Notes under the pieces: generated by a model
The model's input: only the letters and a program-made list of their open reading frames with translations
Told to the model about the DNA's origin: nothing
The model's database searches: none
Shown here: piece after piece, positions 18,494 to 28,191 of the stretch
How positions within the stretch are numbered: the stretch's first letter is position 1
How the letters are laid out: each line of letters opens with the position of its first letter
Made by a program: the position numbers and the translations under genes
NCBI RefSeq assembly: GCF_003428155.1
Contig: NZ_QLIR01000007.1
Location: 1-32,000, forward strand
Direction: 5' to 3'
DNA: 32,000 nt
From: Fastidiosibacter lacustris
GTDB taxonomy: Bacteria > Pseudomonadota > Gammaproteobacteria > Francisellales > Francisellaceae

Positions 18494-19689
18494 TTAATGA
18501 GATGAGATTCTGATAAAACTCTCATGTTTTGTTCAACCTCCTGTTTGTCGTTGCCAATAATGACATAACTAGCCATTCTATTATGTATTCGTTCACGCTT
18601 GTAAAAGCGATCACCTACCTTTGTTTTAATTTCTTCGGCTGTGACCCATGACAAGGATTCAGCGGTATTCACCTGTAAGATTTCAGCCATTTCAGGTGCA
18701 GGAATATCTAGCCAACCTGCACATAATGAGCGTTGAATTTTCTGAGTATAAGGTATTCCAAGTTCTTGAAGGAACCATTTCTGAGCATAGTTGATGCCTG
18801 TGGCAGCTTCTATTGCAGTCACAAGAAAAGTACCTCCGAACCTTGCTCCAATTTCACAAAAATAAATTTCTCCATCAGAGGTAACAAAATATTCAGCGTG
18901 GGTGCATCCATTAGGAGGTGATAAAGTATTTATTACTAACTCATTTATAGAATGTAACTCTTGAATCAAGGTATCGTTTCTTGTTTGTATTATTCCACCT
19001 ACTTCTGAGGTTTGTAAGTGTACGGGTGGCTTAGTGTATTTAAATGCAAATGAACATTCTATTTTGTTATGGTTAATAAAGCTATCTACATGGTACATCT
19101 CACCACCAATAAAGCTTTCTATCATATACATTTCAGGATTGAAATACACATCCTGAATTGCCTCCTGAAATTGCTGCTCACTCTCCACTATAAACACATT
19201 CATACTAGCCATACCCAAACGTGGCTTGATAACAAAAGGCAATCCATATTTTTGGGAGAGGTTATTGAAATGTAAGTGCTCAATAATATTTATGTCAGCA
19301 AGTGAGGCATATTTTGGTAATTTAATTCCCTTATTCATCAATTCCTTTTTCATGGTGTATTTATCTCTGAAACGCAGGATATCAGCTATCTTGGGTCCAG
19401 GGATTTTATGAAGCATACGTAATGTTGCTGCAAGGTGCATATCTTCTTCAGAAAAGCAAATTAGGTGATCCACACCTCCTATGGTGTTAATAAGAGTTGT
19501 ACATAACTCGACTGTTAGTTCATCTGCTACTACAAAAACGCTGCACTTTTGTTTCCACTCATTAGGAACAAGCTCAGCATATTTTTTTGTGCCAATAAAA
19601 TAAAAGTCGAACAAATCGGCATCGGCGATTTCATGATAACGAATAAGCTCGTATCGGATTTTATTGAACACTAATACTTTGTCTCGCAT
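18469..19689 (-). CDS. ATP-grasp domain ligase (amino-acid-ligase-like)
   Basis: DILRFRDKYTMKKELMNKGIKLPKY, YGLPFVIKPRLGMASMNVF, MIESFIGGEMYHVDSF, EIYFCEIGARFGG. Confidence 0.85.
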   Translation of the reverse strand: MRDKVLVFNKIRYELIRYHEIADADLFDFYFIGTKKYAELVPNEWKQKCSVFVVADELTVELCTTLINTIGGVDHLICFSEEDMHLAATLRMLHKIPGPKIADILRFRDKYTMKKELMNKGIKLPKYASLADINIIEHLHFNNLSQKYGLPFVIKPRLGMASMNVFIVESEQQFQEAIQDVYFNPEMYMIESFIGGEMYHVDSFINHNKIECSFAFKYTKPPVHLQTSEVGGIIQTRNDTLIQELHSINELVINTLSPPNGCTHAEYFVTSDGEIYFCEIGARFGGTFLVTAIEAATGINYAQKWFLQELGIPYTQKIQRSLCAGWLDIPAPEMAEILQVNTAESLSWVTAEEIKTKVGDRFYKRERIHNRMASYVIIGNDKQEVEQNMRVLSESHLIKWKKIPCL

Positions 19690-20937
19690 TTATATCTCCT
19701 CATGGTACTCAATGAATTGATGTTCCTGTAAAGTTCGAAAATCTTGTTCCAAAATGTGGTCATCTTGGTCTATCAGCATAATCGTGGCTGCTCTGTCATA
19801 GCATGATATTGATGCACCTATTCTTTCAAATGTTTGAACCTTCCAGTTTATATCAAACTTCTGACTAGCAAGACGTGGCAAAATGAATTGTTTTATCAGA
19901 CCTGCTTTCTTAGGTACATATATCCAAGCGGCGCTCATCAACTTCTCAGGGGTTATTTTTTGAGAACTTAAACCGAGTTCAAGCATAAATAAATAGGCGG
20001 CTATATCTAGACCTAGGGCATATTCATACATGGGTAAGATTTCTCCTCCTGGTGGGCGTGCCGCAATTTCGATAAATACAAGATTGTCATTGTTGGTGAG
20101 GAATAACTCCATATGAGTCATCCCATCAGGGGGAGATAGCGCCTTTAAAACTGACTCATTAAAACAGCGTATTCTGTCCTTTAATTCAGAGTTTGCAAGC
20201 AGCCTGCTTCCCAAATTGTTTCCATGCATGAAGTCTATTGCATTACCCATATATTCGCATACTTCTACAAATAGAATTTTCCCTTGGCAAACAATGCTAT
20301 CACAATGCAAAAATCTACCTTCTATATATTCCTCAAAGTTATAATCAGCCAGATTTGGTTGATTCCCCTCGACGACCCCTTGTAACTCTGCTTTATTACG
20401 TACTTTTTTTGCACCAATCCCTCCACTGCCATCTTTTGGTTTTACGATCAAGGGAAACCCCAAAGAGGATATAGTATTGACACAGTCGCCAATGCTCATG
20501 TTATCAAAGTCATCATCTATAAATTGTGGAACCTTGATTCCGTTCCGAAATAATATGGATTTCATGATTTTTTTATCTCTAAATGGGATGAGTTTGTCCT
20601 CATATGGACCTGGTAAATCAAAACGTTTTCGGATTCGAGCACACAGCAAAAGCAATTCCTCATCCCAACAAATAAGCTTCAATCTGCTGTTATAACTGGC
20701 ATATCGTTGAATGATGGTGGCAATAGATGTTTCATCAAAATTTTCGAGTTTAATGAGTTCATCGAAGGTATCTTTATGCTGATCTGGAAATCGATGATAA
20801 AACTCTTCGTCAAGTAAAATAATAAACTTATGTTTATTTGCATCGTAGAATCGATGTGGATTTAGTTTGTCATATCGCATTTTCAGTATAATAACGTATA
20901 TATCCTGCATGTCATGCTCCAGCGGTTTTTTGTACAA
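19690..20937 (-). CDS. ATP-grasp domain ligase, second copy
   Basis: KKIMKSILFRNGIKVPQFI, LGFPLIVKPKDGSGGIGAKKV, YIEGRFLHCDS, NLVFIEIAARPPGG; directly abuts the first ATP-grasp gene. Confidence 0.85.
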   Translation of the reverse strand: MYKKPLEHDMQDIYVIILKMRYDKLNPHRFYDANKHKFIILLDEEFYHRFPDQHKDTFDELIKLENFDETSIATIIQRYASYNSRLKLICWDEELLLLCARIRKRFDLPGPYEDKLIPFRDKKIMKSILFRNGIKVPQFIDDDFDNMSIGDCVNTISSLGFPLIVKPKDGSGGIGAKKVRNKAELQGVVEGNQPNLADYNFEEYIEGRFLHCDSIVCQGKILFVEVCEYMGNAIDFMHGNNLGSRLLANSELKDRIRCFNESVLKALSPPDGMTHMELFLTNNDNLVFIEIAARPPGGEILPMYEYALGLDIAAYLFMLELGLSSQKITPEKLMSAAWIYVPKKAGLIKQFILPRLASQKFDINWKVQTFERIGASISCYDRAATIMLIDQDDHILEQDFRTLQEHQFIEYHEEI

Positions 20938-21742
20938 GGTTAAGGTTTATTTGAGATAAAAGCGTGTCTGCTTTGCGATAGTCTTTAACCATTTTTATTA
21001 GATCGTGGAACTCAGCCCACTGTTGTAATTCAAGGATGCTGAAATGTAAGCACATCTTCCATTGTTCAGTGTCTTTAATTAAATCTACCATCTGTTTTGA
21101 TGGAAAAGTTGAAAAGTAGGCGTTCACAAATGCTGTATATCTCGACTGTGCTTGATAGCGATTGATACTTGGAACAGTACAACATTCAACAATGGCAATA
21201 GCAAAGTCAATTATTGGATCACCCCAATTAGATTCTTCATAATCAATAAATGTATTAAATTTACCTTTAACGAACAAACAGTTTGGTAAACAAACGTCTC
21301 CATGCAGATAACATTGTATTCCAGAGACTTTCCATCCATTTTCAAGTAGTGTATGGTGAATTCTAACAGGTTGTGAAGAGAAGAGCGCATCGCCTATATG
21401 ATCTATCTGTATGCTGCTGTGAAACAATGCTAAACCGGTGGCAATTCCCTCAATATCCTTCAAATCAGGGCTGTTTTTGCATGTTTCTCCTAAATTTGGA
21501 AAAATTGCACAATGGTTTTCGTCGTCAAAATAAACTTGTGGCATGCTATTTTGCAGAATATTCCATGCGTATTTTTCACGATGATATGCTTTAGGGAGAT
21601 GAAATTTTTTCAAGTAATAAAGGTTACCTAATAGATTAAATGACACTACATAGTTTGCGCGACCATGAGACTTTTCTGCTTTGCACAAAAGTTCGACTTG
21701 CCATTTATACTGAGACCTAAACTGAACAGTAATATCGGTCAT
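20912..21742 (-). CDS. APH/choline-kinase-type phosphotransferase
   Basis: CYLHGDVCLPNCLFVKGKFNTFIDYEESNWGDPIIDFA (HGDxxxxN plus metal-binding Asp). Confidence 0.8.
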   Translation of the reverse strand: MTDITVQFRSQYKWQVELLCKAEKSHGRANYVVSFNLLGNLYYLKKFHLPKAYHREKYAWNILQNSMPQVYFDDENHCAIFPNLGETCKNSPDLKDIEGIATGLALFHSSIQIDHIGDALFSSQPVRIHHTLLENGWKVSGIQCYLHGDVCLPNCLFVKGKFNTFIDYEESNWGDPIIDFAIAIVECCTVPSINRYQAQSRYTAFVNAYFSTFPSKQMVDLIKDTEQWKMCLHFSILELQQWAEFHDLIKMVKDYRKADTLLSQINLNLVQKTAGA

Positions 21743-21759
21743 ATTTCCCCCCCCCTAAT

Positions 21760-22935
21760 TTAAACATCTTTGCATACGGCTTTGCGCAACAGAAGCATTT
21801 TAAAGAGTGTGACTAGCGTTGCTATGAGCATGACAATGCATAATAGCCACAAGTGATGGTTGCTAGTTGTCATAAACACTGGTAAGAAGTTAATAACAAT
21901 GGGGGTTAAAATGGCCAAAATGACTTTGGATGTACCAAAAGTGGTACTTTTATTTTGAAGATTACCCATCAAAGTTAGGAGATTGGTAAATTGGGTGATT
22001 ACCAGGGACTCAAGAATGGTGAAAACGATTAAGAAGGCGTATACAGAACCTATGCTTGGATATAATCTTACTGCGGACAAAAGCAGTATCAAAACAGTTG
22101 AACATGCTATAAACAACCATCGCGCCTCGCTTAAGGACAGCCGCATCTTTTGCGATACATATTGTTGAATAGCAACAAGCAAAACACCATTGAAAAACTG
22201 TGCCATAGCAACTTGCTCAGGTAAGTGTAGTAAAGTACTAAACAAATAGGGGAATATGACTGGGAAGGAAGCGACAAGCGCAAATGGTATGCAACAAAAT
22301 AGATGCAATTTAATAAAGTCAATATTCAAAATCCCTGACCAAGTTTCTGTGGGTTTTGGTTTTTTGTTTACTTCTTGATAGCAAGAAAAATGTGGCGTTT
22401 TTACTAACATAAAGAAACAAAGCAACAGCTCCAGAATCAAGCACACGATAAGTAAAGAATATAATGCTGACAACCAGATAAAACACAAAGCCAAGAGACT
22501 TCCAAGCACGGCACCCAGGTTGGTTGCTCTCAAAAAAGCGCCTTGGGACATGATTGTGGTTTTGTCATTTTCAGATAGCATAACCAATACGGCTCGAGCA
22601 TTCGTGCTGAATACACAGCCACCTATGCCTAAGCCCATGACACCTAAGGTCAAGAAATATACATGATCACTCAAGCACAATATAAGGTATGATAGCACAT
22701 CAATAGCGCAACCTATGAGCATAAGCCTGTGTACGCCAAATCTATCACCTAGCACCCCTGCGGGTAATGCAAATCCCTGGTTAGTAAGCAATAAAACAGA
22801 AAACATCATAGGAATGAGCGTGATAGAAATGTTGATACTTTGTGCATAGAGGTAAAAAATCCCCAGAAAAGCTGCGTAAGTTGTGGAGGAAGCCAGTCGG
22901 CGCGCAATAATAATGGTTTGTATATTCTGCATCAA
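21760..22935 (-). CDS. MFS transporter
   Basis: LPAGVLGDRFGVHRLMLIGCAIDVLSY motif and repeated TM helices. Confidence 0.85.
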   Translation of the reverse strand: MMQNIQTIIIARRLASSTTYAAFLGIFYLYAQSINISITLIPMMFSVLLLTNQGFALPAGVLGDRFGVHRLMLIGCAIDVLSYLILCLSDHVYFLTLGVMGLGIGGCVFSTNARAVLVMLSENDKTTIMSQGAFLRATNLGAVLGSLLALCFIWLSALYSLLIVCLILELLLCFFMLVKTPHFSCYQEVNKKPKPTETWSGILNIDFIKLHLFCCIPFALVASFPVIFPYLFSTLLHLPEQVAMAQFFNGVLLVAIQQYVSQKMRLSLSEARWLFIACSTVLILLLSAVRLYPSIGSVYAFLIVFTILESLVITQFTNLLTLMGNLQNKSTTFGTSKVILAILTPIVINFLPVFMTTSNHHLWLLCIVMLIATLVTLFKMLLLRKAVCKDV

Positions 22936-22943
22936 TTTTCTCC

Positions 22944-23546
22944 TTATCTAGATAAAATAGATAAATATGGATAAGAAATAGAGATATCAGCGGCGAAAAG
23001 GGTCTGCTTGAGAAATTTATCTGTTAAAAAAACATAATCCCATAAGGTGATGTAAAGACCATAGCGTATGGTTGGATATTGATGATGAGTCATGTGGTAT
23101 TCTCCCCAAGCAAATAGAGTTGTAAGCTTGCCTTTAATTTCCGAATTGTGGTCTAAAACGGTTTCTGATAAAAAAACTTCGTATAAATAAACAAGGAGGA
23201 GTAGTACGCCACCAGTTGAAGGAAAGGGCAAGGCGAGGACGAGTGCTGGCAGAATTAAAGTAAGTCAGACATCTAAAGATTCCCTCAAGCCACCAAACCA
23301 CAACAAATAGTTTTGCCAAGTTGGCAAGCTCAGCTTGTTAAGCTGATGATATTTTATCAAATGGTGTGCTTTGTGGATTTTAAATAATGGGTTACGCCGA
23401 GGATTATAATGCGCAAGGGCATGCACGCCATAAGCGTAAAGAGACCATATCAGAAACACAAATAGAAAATTAACAATCCACTGGGTCATAGGATATCCTT
23501 GAAAATAAATTTTATAAAACGTATCAAGTTGTAATATTTTTGTCAA
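22944..23546 (-). pseudogene. Sterol-desaturase/fatty-acid-hydroxylase-family protein interrupted by one in-frame TGA
   Basis: ORFs 23265-23546 and 22944-23231 share a frame, with TGA at 23267-23265 then 11 codons between. Histidine motifs HALAHYNPRRNPLFKIHKAHH and HNSEIKG...GEYHMTHHQYP span the stop. Confidence 0.7.
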
Positions 23547-23601
23547 TGCCGTTTCGATGAGATTTTATATATGAACAGCGATAACTGGGGAGAGTGAAAT
23601 G

Positions 23602-23632
23602 AACAAAAACGATTGAACGCAAAGTAATCATG
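23602..23632 (+). repeat. 31-nt direct repeat, copy 2
   Basis: AACAAAAACGATTGAACGCAAAGTAATCATG, identical to 17466-17496. Confidence 0.97.
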
Positions 23633-23702
23633 TGTATAATGCCTGGGTTGAAAGAGCATCCACCATAAGTAAGTTTAAGTTAGGCAAATAGAGTAATCAA
23701 TA

Positions 23703-24821
23703 ATGCAGCAGGTGATTGAAAGTCAAATAAAAACAAATTTAATGAATTTTTGTCAAAAAGATATGCGAGACTACTTTGCCAGTATCGGAGAGAAGTCATT
23801 TCACGCAAAGCAGGTGTTTAAATGGATACATCAAAAAGGCGTGACTTCTTTTGAGGAAATGAGTGATCTTAGTAAGGCTTTGCGGCAGAAACTCATTGAG
23901 CTTGCGGAAGTTGTTACTCCTAAAGTGGCACTTGACAAGCCATCGAACGATGGTACGCATAAATGGCTTATTGATGTCGGTGGTAACTTGGTTGAGACCG
24001 TTTACATTCCCGAGGATTCTCGTGGGACATTATGTGTATCTTCACAGGTGGGTTGTAGCTTAAACTGTAGTTTTTGCTCAACAGGTAAGCAAGGCTTTAA
24101 TCGCAATTTGAGCGTTGCCGAAATCATTGGACAAGTATGGACAGCAGTGCGTACACTTTCAAAGCAGCATGGTGAGTATGATCGACAAATTACTAACGTC
24201 GTGATGATGGGGATGGGTGAACCCTTGATGAATTTCGATGCAGTAGTAAAAGCGATGGATATCATGATGGATGATCTGGCTTATGGGTTATCCAAACGTC
24301 GAGTTACCTTAAGCACATCAGGGGTCGTGCCGCGCATTTATGATTTATTGGAACAATCAGATGTATCCTTGGCCGTGTCTTTGCATGCACCTAATGATGC
24401 GCTTAGAAATGTATTAGTGCCTATTAATAAGAAATATAATATTGACCAGCTAATGGAGGCATGCAAATTATATGCGCAAAGAGGTCCACACAAGGAAATC
24501 ACCTTTGAATATACGCTAATGGAACATGTCAATGATGAGCTAGCACATGCAAAAGAGCTAGTTACACTATTGAAGTCAAAACAGGTACCCGCTAAGATCA
24601 ACCTTATCCCATTTAATCCTTATCCTGGCACGCCATACAAGAAACCAAGTAATAACCGCATCCATCGCTTTCAGCAATATTTAATGGAGGCGGGCTTTGT
24701 TACAACGATAAGAAAAACCAGAGGTGATGATATCGATGCCGCATGTGGTCAGTTGGCAGGTAAAGTGCAAGATAAAACAAATCGCCAGGCACGATATCAG
24801 CGTCAACTAAGTGAGGCATAA
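23703..24821 (+). CDS. rlmN: Dual-specificity 23S rRNA A2503 / tRNA A37 C2-methyltransferase
   Basis: [24 protein letters not shown] radical-SAM motif, [32 protein letters not shown]. Confidence 0.96.
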   Translation: MQQVIESQIKTNLMNFCQKDMRDYFASIGEKSFHAKQVFKWIHQKGVTSFEEMSDLSKALRQKLIELAEVVTPKVALDKPSNDGTHKWLIDVGGNLVETVYIPEDSRGTLCVSSQVGCSLNCSFCSTGKQGFNRNLSVAEIIGQVWTAVRTLSKQHGEYDRQITNVVMMGMGEPLMNFDAVVKAMDIMMDDLAYGLSKRRVTLSTSGVVPRIYDLLEQSDVSLAVSLHAPNDALRNVLVPINKKYNIDQLMEACKLYAQRGPHKEITFEYTLMEHVNDELAHAKELVTLLKSKQVPAKINLIPFNPYPGTPYKKPSNNRIHRFQQYLMEAGFVTTIRKTRGDDIDAACGQLAGKVQDKTNRQARYQRQLSEA

Positions 24822-25576
24822 TGTCTAAAATTAGGAGTTTCATAACCAATGTCGGTTTGCTGTTGTTAGTAATGGTGCTGACAAGTTGTGCAAGCAACAC
24901 AAAGTCATTGTCAGGCGTTCCCGAGGAAGTTCAGGTAAATTATGAAAAAGCTGCTAAAATCAATGCTCAGCTAGCGGTGGTATATGCACAAAGACAGATG
25001 TTAGATCGAGCGAAGGAAAAACTACTAAAAGCAAAGTCACAAGATCGAAACGTTGCAACAATTTATTATGCCGAAGGTTTATATTACCAAAATTTAGGTA
25101 TGCCAGATAAAGCGGAAGCATCTTATCAAAAAGCCTTACATATGGCGCCAAGTGATTTTCAAGCTTATAATTTTTACGCCCAATTTTTGTGTACGAATAA
25201 GCATCAATATGATCGTGCCAATGCGTTTTTCAAAGAGTCAATTTCGTTATCTAGTAACGTTAATTTAGCAGAAACTTTTACCTTGTATGGGCGTTGTTTG
25301 TTGGCACAAGAAAATTACAAGCTTGCACAAACTTTTTTTGAAAAAGCGATTGATCAAGGGTCATCAGGCAGCACCTTGGCATATTGGGAGTTAGCCCAAC
25401 TTGAATATCAACAAAAAGAGTATCAAGATGCGCTTACAAGAATTAATCGTTACATTGAGCTTGCTGGAAAAACTCAAGAGAGTATTAGGCTGAAAATGGA
25501 TATTCTGCAAGCATTAGGACAATATAATGAGGCTACAAGTTTACGTTTGCAATTAAGCTCTAATCTGTACGAGTAG
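24821..25576 (+). CDS. pilW: TPR-repeat type IV pilus biogenesis lipoprotein, PilW/PilF-like
   Basis: Lipobox LTSCAS, TPR repeats (AEGLYYQNLGMPDKAEASYQKALHMAPSDFQAYNFYAQFLC), syntenic downstream of rlmN. Confidence 0.8.
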   Translation: MSKIRSFITNVGLLLLVMVLTSCASNTKSLSGVPEEVQVNYEKAAKINAQLAVVYAQRQMLDRAKEKLLKAKSQDRNVATIYYAEGLYYQNLGMPDKAEASYQKALHMAPSDFQAYNFYAQFLCTNKHQYDRANAFFKESISLSSNVNLAETFTLYGRCLLAQENYKLAQTFFEKAIDQGSSGSTLAYWELAQLEYQQKEYQDALTRINRYIELAGKTQESIRLKMDILQALGQYNEATSLRLQLSSNLYE

Positions 25577-25584
25577 ATGAAATA

Positions 25585-27345
25585 ATGATTTTATCGATTA
25601 CCAAACGCTTATTTCGGACAAAAAGACGTTTATGTGTTTATCATAATGAGATTGATCCTGGACGTAAAACTTTGTTTTTTATTCATGGAATTACCGGTAG
25701 TGGAATTAACTGGCAAGCTCAATTTCGTGAGCTTTCGGAAAAATATAATATTGTTGCTTATGACTTATATGGCCATGGTCAAAGTGGGCAGCCTAAGGGC
25801 ATAATCGAGTGTTCAATGGTGCAAAGTGTATTGGACGCACAGAGCATTATTGAATATTTTAACCTTAATAACATCACGATCATTGCCTATGGTTATGGTG
25901 CATTAATTAGTTTGTTGTTATGTGAAAAATACCCCAAGCTTATCCATAAGCAATTGTTAATTAATCCAATTCCTTATGAAGAATTAACAAACTTACCATG
26001 GTATTTGCGGTGGCCATTTTCCATATTCTATCGTTTTTTTAGACTCAATAAAGCACAAGTTAAAGCTCAGGGTAATAATAGTTTAATGTTACCAAAAATG
26101 TGGGTAATACGGGCTTATTATCAGGCACTTATGAGCTTGCCGACCTTTGAAATGGGAAATTCAAAAGTGCGTGTCAAAACAATGCTGTTACGCTCGGTGA
26201 AGTATACAGTTACAAAGCGTAAGAAGATTGATAACTTCTATAAGATTTTTTATCGTGCTAAGATTAAACCGCTTGAAAGTATTTCGCCTTTTCCGATGCA
26301 CCAAGCAAGAAAGCGAGTGGATTATTTTCTAAAGCAAACTATTGATGAGCTTAATATTCATGCATTTCGTAATTTAATTTTTGAAGGAGCAGGTGTACGT
26401 GGCATTGCTTATAGTGGTGCCATTACGGCATTGGAATCTTTGGGTGTGCTTAAAAACGTTCGTCGTTTCGCGGGCACCTCTGCTGGCGCAATTTATGCTA
26501 TTTTCTTAGCAGTAGGGTTTAATGCAAAAGAAATTGAGGAAATTGTAAGCCACCTTGATTACACGCTTTTTATGGATGCAAGTCGTAATTTTATCAGTAA
26601 TTCTACAAGGCTTTTAACCGACTTTGGCTGGTATAAAGGAGATTTTTTTATCAACCATATGGCTAAATTGATACAGCAAAAGTTACCAGATGGATTTTTA
26701 AGTTTTAAAACGCTCAAAACTTTAACTGGCAATGATTTATATATTATTGGCACTAATCTTACAAAATCATGTGCCGAAATATACAGTGCAGAAACAACGC
26801 CAGATATGCAAATTGTTGAAGCACTGAGAATTTCTACTTGCATTCCGATGTTATTTAAGGCCGTCAGGAGAAAAGAAGGAAAAGAAGAAAATATACTTGT
26901 TGATGGTGGTTTGGTATGGAACTGCCCAATTGAGTTATTTGATCATCATAAGTACATTTACAACTTGTTGAATATTTTACCACATTCAAAAGCAAAAGAT
27001 AACGATCGTAGTGTTTTAAACTTAGAAACGTTGGGCTTTCGTTTGGATCCTGGCGAAGATCCTCTACGTTCAATGCGTACGGCACCTAAGTCCTATCATA
27101 AAATAGGCCATATATTTGACTTTACACGCGAGTTTATGAAATTTTATTCGGCAGGTTCATTAAAGCGTCATTTAGAGCCAGATAACTGGAATCGTGTAAT
27201 TTTTGTCGATACGTTAGACGTGGTGGGAACAGATTTTGAGATTTCCCAGAAAGAAATTGAACGGTTAATTGAGCAAGGAAAAAAAGGTGTCTATCAACAC
27301 TTCGCTTGGCGAATGAGTGAAAATGGGGTAAAGTTCCCACAGTAA
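25585..27345 (+). CDS. Fusion: N-terminal degenerate alpha/beta-hydrolase plus C-terminal patatin-like phospholipase
   Basis: N-term FIHGITGSGINWQAQFRELSEKYNIVAYDLYGHGQSG; C-term GAGVRGIAYSGAITALES, FAGTSAGAIYAIF (GxSxG), DGGLVWNCP (DGG). Confidence 0.85.
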   Translation: MILSITKRLFRTKRRLCVYHNEIDPGRKTLFFIHGITGSGINWQAQFRELSEKYNIVAYDLYGHGQSGQPKGIIECSMVQSVLDAQSIIEYFNLNNITIIAYGYGALISLLLCEKYPKLIHKQLLINPIPYEELTNLPWYLRWPFSIFYRFFRLNKAQVKAQGNNSLMLPKMWVIRAYYQALMSLPTFEMGNSKVRVKTMLLRSVKYTVTKRKKIDNFYKIFYRAKIKPLESISPFPMHQARKRVDYFLKQTIDELNIHAFRNLIFEGAGVRGIAYSGAITALESLGVLKNVRRFAGTSAGAIYAIFLAVGFNAKEIEEIVSHLDYTLFMDASRNFISNSTRLLTDFGWYKGDFFINHMAKLIQQKLPDGFLSFKTLKTLTGNDLYIIGTNLTKSCAEIYSAETTPDMQIVEALRISTCIPMLFKAVRRKEGKEENILVDGGLVWNCPIELFDHHKYIYNLLNILPHSKAKDNDRSVLNLETLGFRLDPGEDPLRSMRTAPKSYHKIGHIFDFTREFMKFYSAGSLKRHLEPDNWNRVIFVDTLDVVGTDFEISQKEIERLIEQGKKGVYQHFAWRMSENGVKFPQ

Positions 27346-27382
27346 TTTTAAGCAGTGATTCTAAAAGGTAGAAAGAATAGCC

Positions 27383-28189
27383 ATGCGCGATAAAAAAGAA
27401 AATAAAGATAAGTTACAAAAAATTTTAGCGCAAGCAGGTCTTGGTTCTAGACGCAAAATGGAAGAAAAAATTCTTCAAGGTCGCGTTATAGTTAATGGTA
27501 AAATAGCCCAAATTGGTGATCGTGCTTCAATGGATGATAAGATTATTGTTGATGGTAAACCATTTAAAAACCAAGCAGTGATTTTGTCTCGACCACGTGT
27601 CATTATCTATAACAAGCCAGATGGAGAGATTTGTACTAAAAATGATCCCGAAGGTCGTAAAACAGTATTTGATGCCTTGCCACGACTAAAAATTGGGCGT
27701 TGGATCATGATTGGTAGATTAGATATTAATACAACAGGGTTATTGCTTTTTACAACAGATGGTGAACTTGCTAATCGGCTAATGCACCCATCATATCAAA
27801 TTGAGCGTGAATATGCTGTGCGCATTTTTGGGGATGTGGCAGATGAAACGCTTGATAAACTTAAACAAGGTATCGAACTGGAGGATGGTTTAGCACAATT
27901 TAGTAGTATTCGTTTTGTTGGTGGTGAAGGGATTAATAAATGGTATCACGTTACGCTATCTGAAGGTAGAAACCGTGAGGTGCGTCGTATGTTTGAAGCA
28001 GTTGGTGTACAAATAAGCCGTTTAACCCGTGTTCGTTATGGAGATGTCATACTACCGCGTTATTTAAGTATGGGTAAGTCTAAAGAGCTATCACCAGAAA
28101 TCGTCAATGCGTTAAGACAGAACGTTAAAATGAAACGCTTCTTCTTTCCCAAAGGGTTGCTTGATAAGCTTGATCGTAAAAATAAGTAG
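27383..28189 (+). CDS. rluB: 23S rRNA pseudouridine 2605 synthase family
   Basis: LQKILAQAGLGSRRKMEEKI (S4-like), GRLDINTTGLLLFTTDGELANRLMHP, EGRNREVRRMFEAVG. Confidence 0.9.
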   Translation: MRDKKENKDKLQKILAQAGLGSRRKMEEKILQGRVIVNGKIAQIGDRASMDDKIIVDGKPFKNQAVILSRPRVIIYNKPDGEICTKNDPEGRKTVFDALPRLKIGRWIMIGRLDINTTGLLLFTTDGELANRLMHPSYQIEREYAVRIFGDVADETLDKLKQGIELEDGLAQFSSIRFVGGEGINKWYHVTLSEGRNREVRRMFEAVGVQISRLTRVRYGDVILPRYLSMGKSKELSPEIVNALRQNVKMKRFFFPKGLLDKLDRKNK

Positions 28190-28191
28190 CT

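Noticed and set aside
18469-20937. Calling the ATP-grasp pair a graspetide (microviridin-type RiPP) system
   Set aside because: No convincing core peptide with repeated Thr/Asp/Glu motifs was seen, and the ~400-aa proteins look more like amino-acid-ligase-type ATP-grasps.
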